From Macrostomum lignano (taxonomy: Eukaryota), in the NCBI GenBank assembly GCA_002269645.1, contig NIVC01002942.1:65388-129387 (forward strand): 64,000 nt of DNA, read 5' to 3'. The position numbers and the translations under genes were made by a program. The notes under the pieces are model-generated. The model made no database searches. It was not told the DNA's origin and saw only the letters and a list, made by a program, of their open reading frames with translations. Position 1 is the stretch's first letter, and each line of letters opens with the position of its first letter. Shown here in pieces: positions 1-12,816 of the stretch.

Positions 1-716
1 TGGAAAAGAGGGGGGGCCAAGCCTGCTGGAAAAGAGGGGGGGCCAAGCCTGCTGGAAAAGAGGGGGGGGGCCAAGCCTGCTGGAAAAGAGGGGGGGGCCA
101 AGCCTGCTGGAAAAGAGGGGGGCCAAGCCTGCTGGAAAAGAGGGGGGGGGCAAGCCTGCTGGAAAAGAGGGGGGGCCAAGCCTGCTGGAAAAGAGGGGGG
201 GGGCCAAGCCTGCTGGAAAAGAGGGGGGCCAAGCCTGCTGGAAAAGAGGGGGGCCAAGCCTGCTGGAAAAGAGGGGGGCCAAGCCTGCTGGAAAAGAGGG
301 GGGCCAAGCCTGCTGGAAAAGAGGGGGGCCAAGCCTGCTGGAAAAGAGGGGGGCCAAGCCTGCTGGAAAAGAGGGGGGCCAAGCCTGCTGGAAAAGAGGG
401 GGGACCAAGCCTGCTGGAAAAGAGGGGGGGCAATTCTGCTGGAAAAGAGGGGGGGCAAGCCTGCTGGAAAAGAGGGGGGCCAAGCCTGCTGGAAAAGAGG
501 GGGGGCCAAGCCTGCTGGAAAAGAGGGGGGGCCAAGCCTGCTGGAAAAGAGGGGGGGGCCAAGCCTGCTGGAAAAGAGGGGGGGCCAAGCCTGCTGGAAA
601 AGAGGGGGGCGCCAAGCCTGCTAGGAAAGAGGGGGGGGCCAAGCCTGCTGGAAAAGAGGGGGGGGGGCCAAGCCTGCTGGAAAAGAGGGGGGGCCAAGCC
701 TGCTGGAAAAGAGGGG
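1..716. repeat. Minisatellite, ~25-28 bp unit CCAAGCCTGCTGGAAAAGA(G)n, ~26 copies, truncated by window start
   Basis: Directly visible tandem copies differing mainly in G-run length; lies upstream of the first visible anoctamin exon, probably intronic. Confidence 0.95.
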
Positions 717-844
717 ACGCGGCTCTCTTGCCCCCCCCGTTGCCCCCTCCCTGGCTACGCCCCTGGCTGAAGGAGTCACTAGTGTGGAGAAACAAAGCGC
801 TAAGAAAGAAAATTTACCTTCAAAAACACTCCGCCCGATCTCAG

Positions 845-3800
845 ACTGTCGATATTCATGGTCAGCCTAATGCAGTTCATCCGACTTGTGTTTGAGAACG
901 AGCTCACTATTGTGTTCGGCTGCGTGCTCAGCCTGTGGAGCATGACCACCACGGAGACGTGGCGCAAGTACGAGAGCAGCCTGAGCTACCGCTGGGACAT
1001 GAACAACCAGCTGTTCGCAGAGAGGTCGCTGCCGAACCGAGCTGTGCTCGTGCGGTGCTGCTGCCGCATGGTGAGTCTGAGCAGCTCACTGGTGCCTGCG
1101 ACACTTTCGTAACCAAGGCCTACTGCAGAACACGTCAGAGTTGTGAAGACTCTGACGATTTTATTTTGCGGGATTTGATCGATCACTTTCCCGGAAATAT
1201 TGCAAGGATTATTGTATGTATCTAAATAAACGAGCTTCTCTCTTCTCTTCCTTCGTGACTCGAGAAATTTCTTAATGAAATTTTGTCTATGGTAAGAATG
1301 TGGGGGATTCGTCCCCTCACCCCCAGCAGGGGCTTCGCCCCCACACCCCCATCCTCAACTTCAACCATAGACATACAAGTATGGCTCCGGGATTTATCTG
1401 AATACATCCCGCTAAATTAAAGTAGTTTAAATAAGATATTCTATGTGTTTTTCGGGCAGTATTTCACTTAAATCCCTCGAGCCTTCAGCTCTCGGGATTT
1501 AATCACATACCGACCTCAAACCCATGGAATATCTTATACTTATGCTTAATTAGGCGCCCTCTGATTTTCCCATTAACCCCCTAAAGCATGGGTATCAATG
1601 TACTATTATGAAAGACTAAAATTCCAAAAGCCATAGCAGCTTGAAGCAAGATGGAGCAGTTTAATAAGGTGTGACATGTTGCATTTTTCTTACTATCAGA
1701 GTATCTCGGCCTCTAAACCTGACCTTAAAAATGCAAATCTCGCCACATTCCCTCAACAGTCAACTGGTCGACACCAGACGGACTGCTTGCGTTGTCTCGG
1801 TGGCTTTTCGTTGATCTTCACCTGCGTGAGAGCCTTGATAATTATAGTTTGGTGCGAAAAAGTGGCGGCAATTTTTACTCTGTATTCACATGCTAAAGCT
1901 TTGATAGTCTTTTGATAGAGGGACTGATGTCTGGTACTAGCGGGATATGCGCTAAACCATGACCTCATCAACTTTAAGAGATTGCCGGGGCAATGTTGTC
2001 GGTGCTACTCGTTAGTAGGCTCAAGTCACTGTGCTCATGAAACCGTTTGCTGTAACTTCGGGAACCACTGAACCGCAGGTGGCCATCGTGTTCGCGGTGA
2101 CGGTGTCAATCCAGGTCACCAAGCTGGTTGCCACGGCCTGGCACTGCGTCGGCACCAGTGAGGAGAGCAAAGACAGCGGGGCCTGCTTCTTCCTGGCCAC
2201 GGCTCTGCCCGCCTTGGCGCACATCGTCCTCATCGATGCCTTCGATAGGGTAAACTTTGCCTGGCAGAGCCTGGGTTGTTGGGGAAGCGCTTCAAATCAC
2301 TGAATCTAATCCTGGCCTTATTTTGTCTTTCAGTTGTACAGCGTACTGGCGAGGAAAATTACCAAGTGGGGTGAGTTTAGATGATTATTAGAGTGGCAGC
2401 CCAAGTGTCTGGGTTCGATGCCCAGATCAAATAGACGTTACAAAGGACATCAGGGCCAGAGAAAGCCCAGATTTCTTAGTGATCTTCTAAAAGGTTCGCC
2501 TCTCGCCGCCTTGTTCACCTTGCAGAGCGGCACCGCTATCTGACGGACCAGGAGAACTCGTTCGCCATGAAGGAGTTCGCTTTCAGATTTGCCAACAACT
2601 ATGCGGCTCTGTTTTACATCGCTTTTGTGCGACTGGTGAGCTGCAGGGCGTTAGAATGCCTGGCATTGAGCATTTCTGGTTTATGTTTGTGATGAGCTCA
2701 GGGATTTGGTATGTACTTTTCGGTGTGCGCTATGTGGCATGGTGTGCTATGCGATTGGATGAATGTTACTTGGCATGGTGTATGCTTTGTGCTGCGTGAT
2801 GTGCATGGTGTGTGGTGCTATGTGCATGGTGTGTGCTATGTGCATGGTGTGTGCTATGTGCATGGTGTGTGCTATGTGCATGGTGTGTGCTATGTGCATG
2901 GTGTGTGGTGCTATGTGCATGGTGTGTGCTATGTGCATGGTGTGTGCTATGTGCATGGTGTGTGCTATGTGCATGGTGTGTGCTATGTGCATGGTGTGTG
3001 GTGCTATGTGCATGGTGTGTGCTATGTGCATGGTGTGTGCTATGTGCATGGTGTGTTCTATGTGCATGGTGTGTGCTATGTGCATGGTGTGTGCTATGTG
3101 CATGGTGTGTGCTATGTGCATGGTGTGTGCTATGTGCATGGTGTGTGCTATGTGCATGGTGTGTGCTATGTGCATGGTGTGTGCTATGTGCATGGTGTGT
3201 GGTGCTATGTGCATGGTGTGTGCTATGTGCATGGTGTGTGCTATGTGCATGGTGTGTGCTATGTGCATGGTGTGTGGTGCTATGTGCATGGTGTGTGCTA
3301 TGTGCATGGTGTGTTCTATGTGCATGGTGTGTGCTATGTGCATGGTGTGTGCTATGTGCATGGTGTGTGCTATGTGCATGGTGTGTGCTATGTGCATGGT
3401 GTGTGGTGCTATGTGCATGGTGTGTGCTATGTGCATGGTGTGTGCTATGTGCATGGTGTGTGCTATGTGCATGGTGTGTGGTGCTATGTGCATGGTGTGT
3501 GCTATGTGCATGGTGTGTGCTATGTGCATGGTGTGTGGTGCTATGTGCATGGTGTGTGGTGCTATTTGCATGGTGTGTGCTATGTGCATGGTGTGTGCTA
3601 TGTGTATGGTGTGTGCTATGTGGCATGGTGTGCGCTATGTGCATGGTGTGTGCTATGTGCATGGTGTGTGCTATGTGGCATGGTGTGTGCTATGTGCATG
3701 GTGTGCGCTATGTGCATGGTGTGTGGTGCTATGTGCATGGTGTGTGGTGCTATGTGGCATGGTGTGTGGTGCTATTTGCATGGTGTGTGCTATTTGCATG

Positions 3801-6800
3801 GTGTGCGCTATGTGCATGGTGTGTGTTAGTGGCATGGTGTGTGCTATGTGCATGGTGTGTGCTATGTGCATGGTGTGTGCTATGTGCATGGTGTGTGCTA
3901 TGTGCATGGTGTGTGCTATGTGCATGGTGTGTGCTATGTGCATGGTGTGTGCTATGTGCATGGTGTGTGCTATGTGCATGGTGTGTGCTATGTGCATGGT
4001 GTGCGCTATGTGCATGGTGTGTGTTAGTGGCATGGTGTGCGCTATGTGCATGGTGTGTGCTATGTGTATGGTGTGTGCTATGTGCATGGTGTGCGCTATG
4101 TGCATGGTGTGTGCTATGTGCATGGTGTGCGCTATGTGCATGGTGTGTGCTATGTGCATGGTGTGCGCTATGTGCATGGTGTGTGTTAGTGGCATGGTGT
4201 GCGCTATGTGCATGGTGTGTGCTATGTGTATGGTGTGTGCTATGTGCATGGTGTGCGCTATGTGCATGGTGTGTGCTATGTGCATGGTGTGCGCTATGTG
4301 CATGGTGTGTGCTATGTGCATGGTGTGCGCTATGTGCATGGTGTGTGTTAGTGGCATGGTGTGCGCTATGTGCATGGTGTGTGCTATGTGCATGGTGTGC
4401 GCTATGTGCATGGTGTGTGCTATGTGCATGGTGTGCGCTATGTGCATGGTGTGTGTTAGTGGCATGGTGTGCGCTATGTGCATGGTGTGTGCTATGTGCA
4501 TGGTGTGCGCTATGTGCATGGTGTGTGTTAGTGGCATGGTGTGCGCTATGTGCATGGTGTGTGCTATGTGCATGGTGTGCGCTATGTGCATGGTGTGTGT
4601 TAGTGGCATGGTGTGCGCTATGTGTATGGTGTGTGCTATGTGCATGGTGTGTGCTATGTGCATGGTGTGCGCTGTGTTCCGGTATGCGCCATCAGAAAAG
4701 TTTGCATTATTTTTTCTCAGGGCGGAATCCGTGTAGGCAGTCTCACGGACCACTGCGAATTGGGCGGAACCAGAGTGGACTGCTTCAGCCAGCTCAACCT
4801 GCTCACCACCTACTACATCGTGTTCCGATCGGCTTTGAAGAGTTTCATCGACTATCTTTGGCCGTAAGATTTCCCCAGCTGCTTTAGAGCAGATTGCGGA
4901 GTCACGGATCCTTTGCTCATGAGTCATAAACCAACCAATCTGATGTTCCCGCAGGCTCGTCAAGCACTGCCACCCTTTTTGGAGCGCTCTACGCTGCTTC
5001 AAGTCACTTCTGGCCTGCTTCTGCCCCTGTCTGAAGAGCCAGCTGTACGGCGTCGAGCTGAGCTGCCTGAATGAGCAGGAGATGCGCCTGAAGGAGCCCG
5101 GTGCTCGCAGGCACGGAGGAAACGCAGACGACCAACAGCTGGAAGAGTTTCTGGAGTTCGCCTGCCAGCGTCACATGGCCAACGAGGGAGACGACGTTGA
5201 GTACCTGGACAAGATGATCCTCTACGGCTATATGGTGGTGAGTTCAGCTGTTTGGTTCCGAATCGGAATCGGTGCCATAAATCAAGGCTGTTGTGTAAAA
5301 AGCAATAGAATGTAGGTTGTTATCAATTAAATACTAAGAGATTTAGAAACTTTGAGCACAATCAAGTAAAAAATTAACTCATTGTCTTATTATCTTACTA
5401 ATAGTATTTTACGGCAAACATTGGTCTTTAAATTTTTCGCGAATAGTGAGCTTTACGCCCTGAGTATAATATTGAATAAAAATTAGTTGTCATTAACCTG
5501 CACATGCTAGAAAAATTTCAACGTCTTTTCTCTCTTTATCCTATCGCCACCTGCAACCTCACCTGCAACCTCACCTGCAACCTCACCTGCAACCTCACCT
5601 GCAACCTCATTTGCAACCTCACCTGCAACCTCACCTGCAACATCACCTGCAACATCTCCTGCAACATCACCTGCAACATCACCTGCAACATCACCTGCAA
5701 CCTCACCTGCAACATCACCTGCAACATCTCCTGCAACATCACCTGCAACATCACCTGCAACTTCACCTGCAACCTCACCTGCAACCTCACCTGCAACATC
5801 ACCTGCAACATCACCTGCAACATCACCTGCAACATCACCTGCAACCTCACCTGCAACCTCACCTGCAACATCACCTGCAACATCACCTGCAACCTCACCT
5901 GCAACATCACCTGCAACATCACCTGCAACATCACCTGCAACATCACCTGCAACCTCACCTGCAACCTCACCTGCAACCTCACCCAAAATGTCACCTGGGG
6001 CTTCATCATCAATTTTTCTGCAGCTGTTCGGCTCCGCCTGCTTCCTGGCCCCGGTGGCCGCTCTCGTCGCGCTCACAGTGGACCTCCGCCTGGACGCCAG
6101 CCGCCTTCTCCTCCGGTACCGCCGCCCGCTGCCCCGGCCGTCCCAGGGCCTCGGCATCTGGGGCGGCATTCTGGACTGCCTGAGCTACGCTGGCGTGTTC
6201 AGCACAGCCGCCATCCTGGCCTTCACGTCGGACAGTCTGTCCGTTTTTGTCCGATTGCAGGACCTCAGTGAGGACCGACGGGTTCTGTACAGACTGGTGC
6301 TGTTCATCGCCTTTGTGGTGAGTGACTGCCCTTTGGTCTTGTGTGGTTGACACACAAGATGGGCCACTTTCTATTGCGACTGTAGGTAACGAGCCGCTGA
6401 CTACTGACAAAATTGCGACTTCAGTAGCATCGTGCTTTTGGTAGCCCCAACGAGCTTTACATGGACTGACTTCTGTGACCACGCAAGCAGTTAATGAGTG
6501 GCCCGCTTTGCATAGGCGTGTAAAATCCTTGATTTCCGCTCATGAGCGTCAGCTAACCAACTTTAATTGCAGAGCGCCACTCTGTCGTTAAAGTTTCTGC
6601 TCATTGTCGCCATCAGGGGACCGTCCACGAAGCTGAAGATGCAGCTGAAGTGGGTGAGTTGGGCCGATTCAACTCTTGACACACTTTTTGTCAGCTCCAT
6701 TGATGCATGTTGACTCTTCGTGGAAGAAATTACCGCCGTTCCTCTCATTTTGCTTCCACTTCATTCGATTCGAAGGAGTACTGGGCAGTCCCGAAAATTC

Positions 6801-6850
6801 TGGCGTACGAACGAGTGTCCGACGATGTAGTGAAGAAGCTGGAGAAGTAA
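845..6850 (+). CDS. ANO: Anoctamin/TMEM16 family protein, 5'-partial. Exons 845-1070, 2079-2249, 2334-2370, 2526-2635, 4721-4863, 4955-5237, 6024-6317, 6573-6653, 6776-6850 (TAA)
   Basis: All junctions are GT-AG and phase-consistent. The joined translation shows family motifs in order: VFENELTIVF..LW..TWRKYESSLSYRWD; LYSVLARKITKWE-RHR..QENSFAMKEFAFRFANNYAALFYIAF; EYLDKMILYGYMVLF; FLAPVAALVALTVDLRLDASRL...RRP...LGIWGGIL; LSLKFLL. These match LFDN..W..FLE.WKR..Y.WD, LT.WE.HRT..E, EY.EM.IQFGF and LAP..AL..N..E.R.DA.K..RRP..IG.W. Upstream exons lie outside the window; subfamily not assignable. Confidence 0.9.
1431..1537. mobile_element. Small nested palindrome, MITE-like, in anoctamin intron
   Basis: Perfect 11-bp terminal inverted repeat ATAAGATATTC (1431-1441) / GAATATCTTAT (1527-1537), plus inner inverted repeat TTAAATCCC / GGGATTTAA. 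Confidence 0.4.
2722..4675. repeat. 18-bp minisatellite GTGTGCTATGTGCATGGT (~105 copies with 21-bp and GTTAGTGGC variants) filling anoctamin intron 2636-4720
   Basis: Visible tandem array; source of the spurious VCYVHG/HIAHTM ORFs. Confidence 0.97.
5548..5982. repeat. 12-bp minisatellite ACCTGCAAC(C/A)TC (~36 copies) in anoctamin intron 5238-6023
   Basis: Visible tandem array; source of the TCNI/TCNL ORF. Confidence 0.96.
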
Positions 6851-8261
6851 GTTGTGTGAGTAGCTTACGAATAGAAGCTGAGATCAGAAAGTTGAGACTT
6901 GCAAAACCTGTTGAACCGCAGAATCCGCAGCGCGAACGAGTGGTTCCGGTCCTCACTGCCCTGCTGCCCGGGCGCTCGCGGGAGCGGCCGGAAACCGACG
7001 GTGGAGGCCATGGCCTGAGCTGAACATTAGCGAACCAAAACCGCCTATACTACTGCTACTGACGATTTTTCAGTAGTACATTACAATTTAAACGTTTTCA
7101 ATTGACTTTAATTTCTTGGCACAAAAAGGAAACTCCTAATGAGATCGTTGAAAATTCTGAATTTCCTTTTCGCCTCAATAACTCAATTTGTTGATTAACT
7201 GTTTTTTTCTTGTGGTAAAGTACATTTTAACAAACGGAAGAGTATATTTACAATTATGTATTGGTAAAAAACTAACAATATATTTAACCAAAACAGTCCT
7301 CCAGTGAATAATTAACCGAGGAAAATGCTTTGAACTCTTCCCAGTTCGTGTGCTTCACCGCCTTTCACCAGGAAATGAGCCTGGACTTCGCCGCCGGCTC
7401 TGAAGGAAAAAGTACTCAAAAGCACTCGCAAGCTTTGCATGCTCGCTTGGCTGCGTCTGGCTCTGACTGCTATCCGAGTCGGCTCGGGGATGTGGGGGTC
7501 GGGCGGGACCTCCGACTGGCACTTGGGCCACCGCCCAGTTGGCTGAGCCACCAAATTATTCATGAGACAGCGGGGCCAACTTAGCAGTTGCCGAGGCGCT
7601 TTGGCAGTTCGGCCTGAGTGGCCAAGTGGCCAAGTGATTAATATCCGGCTGGCACTCTGAATGTGTTCTGTCTCTCTCTCTCTCTCCCTCTCAAAGAAGC
7701 TATTTACGAGCGTAAACTGTCTTTGGGAGACGATAAACTAGTAAACTATTATAATCAACTCAGCACTGAGGGCGGTGTCTGTAGCAGTGCAGACTGTAAA
7801 TGAGTCCAATGGTGCATTCTACTCTGACTCTACTCAGTATTCAATCTTTTTTTCAGCAAGCCAACCGAAATACAAAACACTTTATATAGCGTTGCAGCGT
7901 TGCTATTCTTTTTATTGCCCTGTCTACACACACTTGCGTCCCTGCAAAGCTGACTTTGATCCCAGTAGCTCCTGGGGTCTCTGCGCCAATGGTGATTGAC
8001 CTGAAAACGCACAACTACTGCTGTGCCTTAGCTAGTGTTTCTGTAGTCCGGGACAAACAAAGCTGTTTCAAATCGACAATGAGCCATCGATGAGCAACGC
8101 GAAAATATGTGCAAGCCGTGTGATCAACGGGAAATCTGTTTCATCTGATGGCAGCTGGAACGAGCCTTCAGAGTTGGAAACAGTCGGTGCTTTTAGCTAC
8201 CTGGCAGCAGATACCAGGAAGGAAGAGATTTTTGCACCATCGTCCATTCAGACGCGCCGGC

Positions 8262-10407
8262 TCAAGCAGTCCTGGAGCAGCACCGGCACAACCGCTGCCT
8301 GTACAGCCGCAGCAGCTCAGCCCTGAACTTGTCATTCACCAGCGCGTACAAGAAGAAGTTCAACGAGGCGTTCAAGTAGAAAAATCGGTGCAGCGGCGAG
8401 TCCGGAATGAGCTGGAAGTTGATGAGCAGCATGGGCAGCATGCTGGCGTAGAACAGCAGGCTGGCAGCGAACAGCATCAGGGCGAGCCTCCGGGGAAACC
8501 AGAAGCCACTGGCGGCCGCTGCGTCTGGCTGGCCGTCAGCGTGGCCCGCCAGCGGTTCGGCCGCGTTGGACAGCGCACGCAGAGTCCCGGCCGTCTGCTC
8601 CCGGCGAGCCGACCTTCGCCGCTCCTTGACCGCCACGAAGGCGAACAGCCGGATGTACAGGGCCAGCACTGCCAGCAGCGAGGCGGCTCCGAGGACCCCG
8701 TACAGGCGCAGCAGGTTGGTTTCCACCCACAGCTTCACGCGGCAGCGGTCCTCACTGAGGTAGTGCGCCAGCGTGGCCGCAGACTCGAGCGCCAGAAGGG
8801 CGCCCGCGCCACCCGCCAGCGCCACCAGCGTTGTGCGCAGTCGGAGGCCGGACTGGCGGGCATGCACGATGCTCAGGTATCTGCGAGTGAAGGAGTGATT
8901 AGCGACGTTGCTGATACGGTTTTTCTTCCTCCTTTTGACGCACCTGACAACTCTGACACCAGCTTGGCACCCCTGACAGCATTTTTCCTCTATTGGGTTG
9001 CTCACTCAATTGTTGGTGGCGTTCGCAAGTGGGTAAAGAGCCAAAAAAGAACCCTTCGAAATTAAACTCTACAACTACATTAATGCTAATGAATGAGCTT
9101 GTAAAATGACAGAAAAATGGGTTCGAGGCTTAACTAGGAAGCATGGCGCCTCCTTTTTCGTAGGAAGCCTGATGGGAGCAGCTCCAAGGCGCTCCTGTAA
9201 ATGTCTAGAGTGCAATGACAGGAGCCACTAAGTTGTGCAAAGGAAACATCTCATGAACTAATTTGGTTCGTAGCATGCGATTATGTGGTGACAGGCCGTC
9301 TGATCAAACCTAAGGGACTCCCCAACGGGCGAGCGCGAGTTGGCTTCAATCCGCTGGCCGGACTGAGCTTCGATTCTGAGCGGAGGTCGCGTCAAGAAGC
9401 GTCGACAGTTCGTCCCTAAACTTCCCAAGTACTGCTCCCAAGCCCAGTACAATTCCGAAAGTGTATGATCAATTCAGTGGATAGCTTTCGGTAGAAAGTA
9501 TTCTGTTTGATGGCCTAGTTTAAGTTGCAAGACCGCGCGCCTCCTGCTCACCGCCAGCGATTCTCATTGTATTTAGGCTGCCTGGCGTAAGCCCTAGGGT
9601 CCCACGCCAGACAGCATTAGCACAAACAATCCACCCCAAGCCAATCGCGACCAAGGACCACTAGGAACATTTCGTTATATCTAGTCTAGTAGTCCTTGAT
9701 CGCGACACGCCAGAGGGTCAAAAATACAATATGTAACAACCTCAGCCAATTAAAAGAATGGGGGGGGGTTGGCGCAAACAACGCGGGGCAGGGGGTGATG
9801 TAAACAACTGGAACGGGGGCGAAAACAACTGCAAAGGGGGTTTGGCATATGCTGAAAGAGGGCACAAACACTTTAGGGGAGGGGGGTAAGAGTGCAGCGC
9901 CGGGCCCACCTGCCTGAGAGTCTAAGATCGCTCATCAGTGCAAGAGCACCCCGGCACAACAATTATTTATAAAACACACGCATGCCTGGGGATTAACAAC
10001 GCCCACCTGTCCACCGCGACGAGAACGAGGATCCAGGCCTCCATGGCGAAGGCGGCGTAGCGCGAGGACAGAATCAGCGAGCTCAGCCAGTGGTTGACCG
10101 GCCGGACTTGCAGCTGGCGCGTGGCGGCCTCCTGCTGCTGGTTGGCCAGGTAGTCGGTGAACACTCGGTAGCAGTCCGTGGGCAGCACCACCCCGCAGAT
10201 GAGCAGGTCCATGCACGAGAGCACGATCACCAGGAACCGGAGGCTGCGCTCCCGGCCGACGGAGCCAACAAAGACCATGATCACGTGACCGTTGCCCAGC
10301 AGGCCGAGCAGGCCCAGCGCAGAGTAGAAGAGCAGCGACCCGACGGCCACCAGGCGAGTCTCGGGCAGCGAGTGCTCGGTGCACATGGAGTTCGTGGCGT
10401 TGCCCAT
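8262..10407 (-). CDS. Orphan rhodopsin-like (class A) GPCR, 339 aa. Exons 10407-10007 and 8880-8262
   Basis: TM1 GLLGN, TM2 LSCMDLLI, and TM3 VAVDR|YLSI with the DRY Arg codon split by a phase-2 intron (AG|GTGGGC...CTCGCAG|A). Also TM5 LALYIRL, TM6 RRLALML..F..SMLP, TM7 NASLNFFLY and helix 8 NDKFRAEL. N-terminal NAT sequon. 401+619 nt = 340 codons including TGA. Confidence 0.9.
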
Positions 10408-12093
10408 GCCTGAGCAGGATTTGGGCGCCTCTCAGCAGCAAGTGGCTCTGCGAGCGGAGAAGCCAGCTTTTATCAGCTTTCTGCAACAGAACTCCAAGGC
10501 GATTGGGTGCTGCGGGTGGGGAGTGGCCTGAGTTTCTTGAACCCCCAGCTTTAGCTTCTCTCTGCGCCTGTCTGAACATGTCTGCTGTAAATACTCGGAT
10601 TAAGTCACGGCTTGCACACAGATCTGTGCGGGCCTGGTTGGCTGGGATTCCGTGGTCGGATTGAACTGATTGATTCTCCTGGCCAAGCCCGATGGATCAG
10701 GCTGTCTGCAGTCACACAGCTGAACCACGGGACAGCAAAAATGTGCTTGGAGCTCAAATTCTCCGTAACCCAAATTTTAAAGTCCCTCGCGTAGACTCTG
10801 AATGCAAATTTTGCCTGCAGGGAACCCAGAGCTCTCTATCTGATTGATATTTTCTCTTTCTGCGTGCTCCAAGCAAAACATTGATCCCCACTTTGGGACA
10901 GCCCCGTGAGCAGCTGCGCCGCCAGGGCCTGGCACTGATTGCAGCTGCGCTGATTCCGGCCGCCTGTCCGAGGGGCAATCGCATTGGGCCGTTTCCTCCC
11001 TGCCGCAGCTCCCTGCCTCTAATTAATCCGATGTCGCACTTCCGCATCAGCGTCCTTGCCTCGTAAATTTGTGAGCACAGATGCAGCAGTGACTCATGAG
11101 TGTTTTAGCGGCCCCTCTTTTGCTCTGTCCGTTAAGCCTGATGGCCAAATTGAAACCTGAGCCTTCTGATGCTCCTGGCTCATGCAGGTCTTCGGACTGA
11201 GTCTCTTTCTTAGCCAGGCCCCAAGTGTACATGTACACTGATTAAAGTACATGCTGATTGCTTTGGCACTGGCAGGTGGCCTGGATTAGGCCAGGGTCAG
11301 AGTTTTATGAGCTGTGCAGTGCGCAGGGGCGTCAAGTATTGCCGAACTGAAATTGGTGCAGGCGGCCTGAGACTGGCCGAAAACAGGAGCATTGTGCGTG
11401 CTAGCGGTGATGAAGCACGGAGACAGGGCAATGCACAAGTTCTGTTTGCGTTACACTACTGCAACAGTAGTGCATGAAGAAACCGATGTTTTCAAAAAAT
11501 CTAATTATTTTACAGAACACTTCCAAAAACTTATGGATTCTTGCTAAAAACAACTCCAGCTTTTTCATGGACCGCGTTTGCGAAGTCGGACACCTGGCTT
11601 CCATTCTGCTGAAAAAGCGGTGTTCTTCCAAAACCAGCAAGCTTTAGCTCGAGAATTTCCTGTTGGCAAAAGCGATTCCTCCAGCTCAGAGAGCCGCAGC
11701 TTTTTCCCAGGCAACTGCAGCGCAAACACCTGCGGCTTTCCGAACAGACCTGCCTGGTCCTCTGCCGCCTGGGCTGCACAGGTGATTAGCGACTCATCGA
11801 GTCCGGTTGGGCAGCAGCCGCCTTTGAGACCGCACGCACCGCCTGCTCCTACGGGTCTCCAGTTTCCAAGCGGGTATTTTTGTCAGCTGAAGCTGCGGGC
11901 TCTCAGCTGCAGGCGCTCCGCGCTGCGCCTTCACGCGTCCCTGCGTCACAGACACACGGCTTCGGGGAGCTGCTCACTCAGCCGCTGACTCAGGCACCCG
12001 GCTGACCGTGGCGCTGGCAGCCCCTCTGCCTCTCAGCTGCCTTTTTCACTCTTTCACTCTTCCCGACTCTGTGGCTGCCTGCTCTGCCCCTGT

Positions 12094-12816
12094 ATGCCCC
12101 TCCTCCGGATCTGCTCCTCTTCATCTCATATCTCCCTTCCCATGCCCCTCCTCCGGATCTGCTCCCCTTCATCTCATATCTCCCTTCCCATGACCCTCCT
12201 CCGGATCTGCTCCTCTTCATCTCATATCTCCCTTCCCATGACCCTCCTCCGGATCTGCTCCTCTTCATCTCATATCTCCCTTCCCATGCCCCTCCTCCGG
12301 ATCTGCTCCTCTTCATCTCATATCTCCCTTCCCATGCCCCTCCTCCGGATCTGCTCCTCTTCATCTCATATCTCCCTTCCCATGCCCCTCCTCCGGATCT
12401 GCTCCTCTTCATCTCATATCTCCCTTCCCATGCCCCTCCTCCGGATCTGCTGCTCTTCATCTCATATCTCCCTTCCCATGCCCCTCCTCCGGATCTGCTC
12501 CTCTTCATCTCATATCTCCCTTCCCATGCCCCTCCTCCGGATCTGCTGCTCTTCATCTCATATCTCCCTTCCCATGCCCCTCCTCCGGATCTGCTCCTCT
12601 TCATCTCATATCTCCCTTCCCATGCCCCTCCTCCGGATCTGCTGCTCTTCATCTCATATCTCCCTTCCCATGCCCCTCCTCCGGATCTGCTCCTCTTCAT
12701 CTCATATCTCCCTTCCCATGCCCCTCCTCCGGATCTGCTCCTCTTCATCTCATATCTCCCTTCCCATGCCCCTCCTCCGGATCTGCTCCTCTTCATCTCA
12801 TATCTCCCTTCCCTTG
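12094..12816. repeat. 48-bp pyrimidine-rich minisatellite (ATGCCCCTCCTCCGGATCTGCTCCTCTTCATCTCATATCTCCCTTCCC), ~15 copies
   Basis: Visible tandem array between the divergent GPCR and stonin genes. Confidence 0.96.

Noticed and set aside
2395-2430. B-box-like GGGTTCGATGCCC in the short anoctamin intron
   Set aside because: No convincing A box or cloverleaf; at most a SINE fragment.
8148-9065. + strand 305-aa ORF and other antisense or alternative-frame ORFs over the GPCR, stonin, kinase and 30-36 kb exons
   Set aside because: Shadow ORFs of GC3-rich real exons, with no motifs.
11401-11988. Short ORFs between the GPCR and the 48-bp repeat
   Set aside because: No homology motifs or consistent splice chain; more likely UTR or regulatory sequence.
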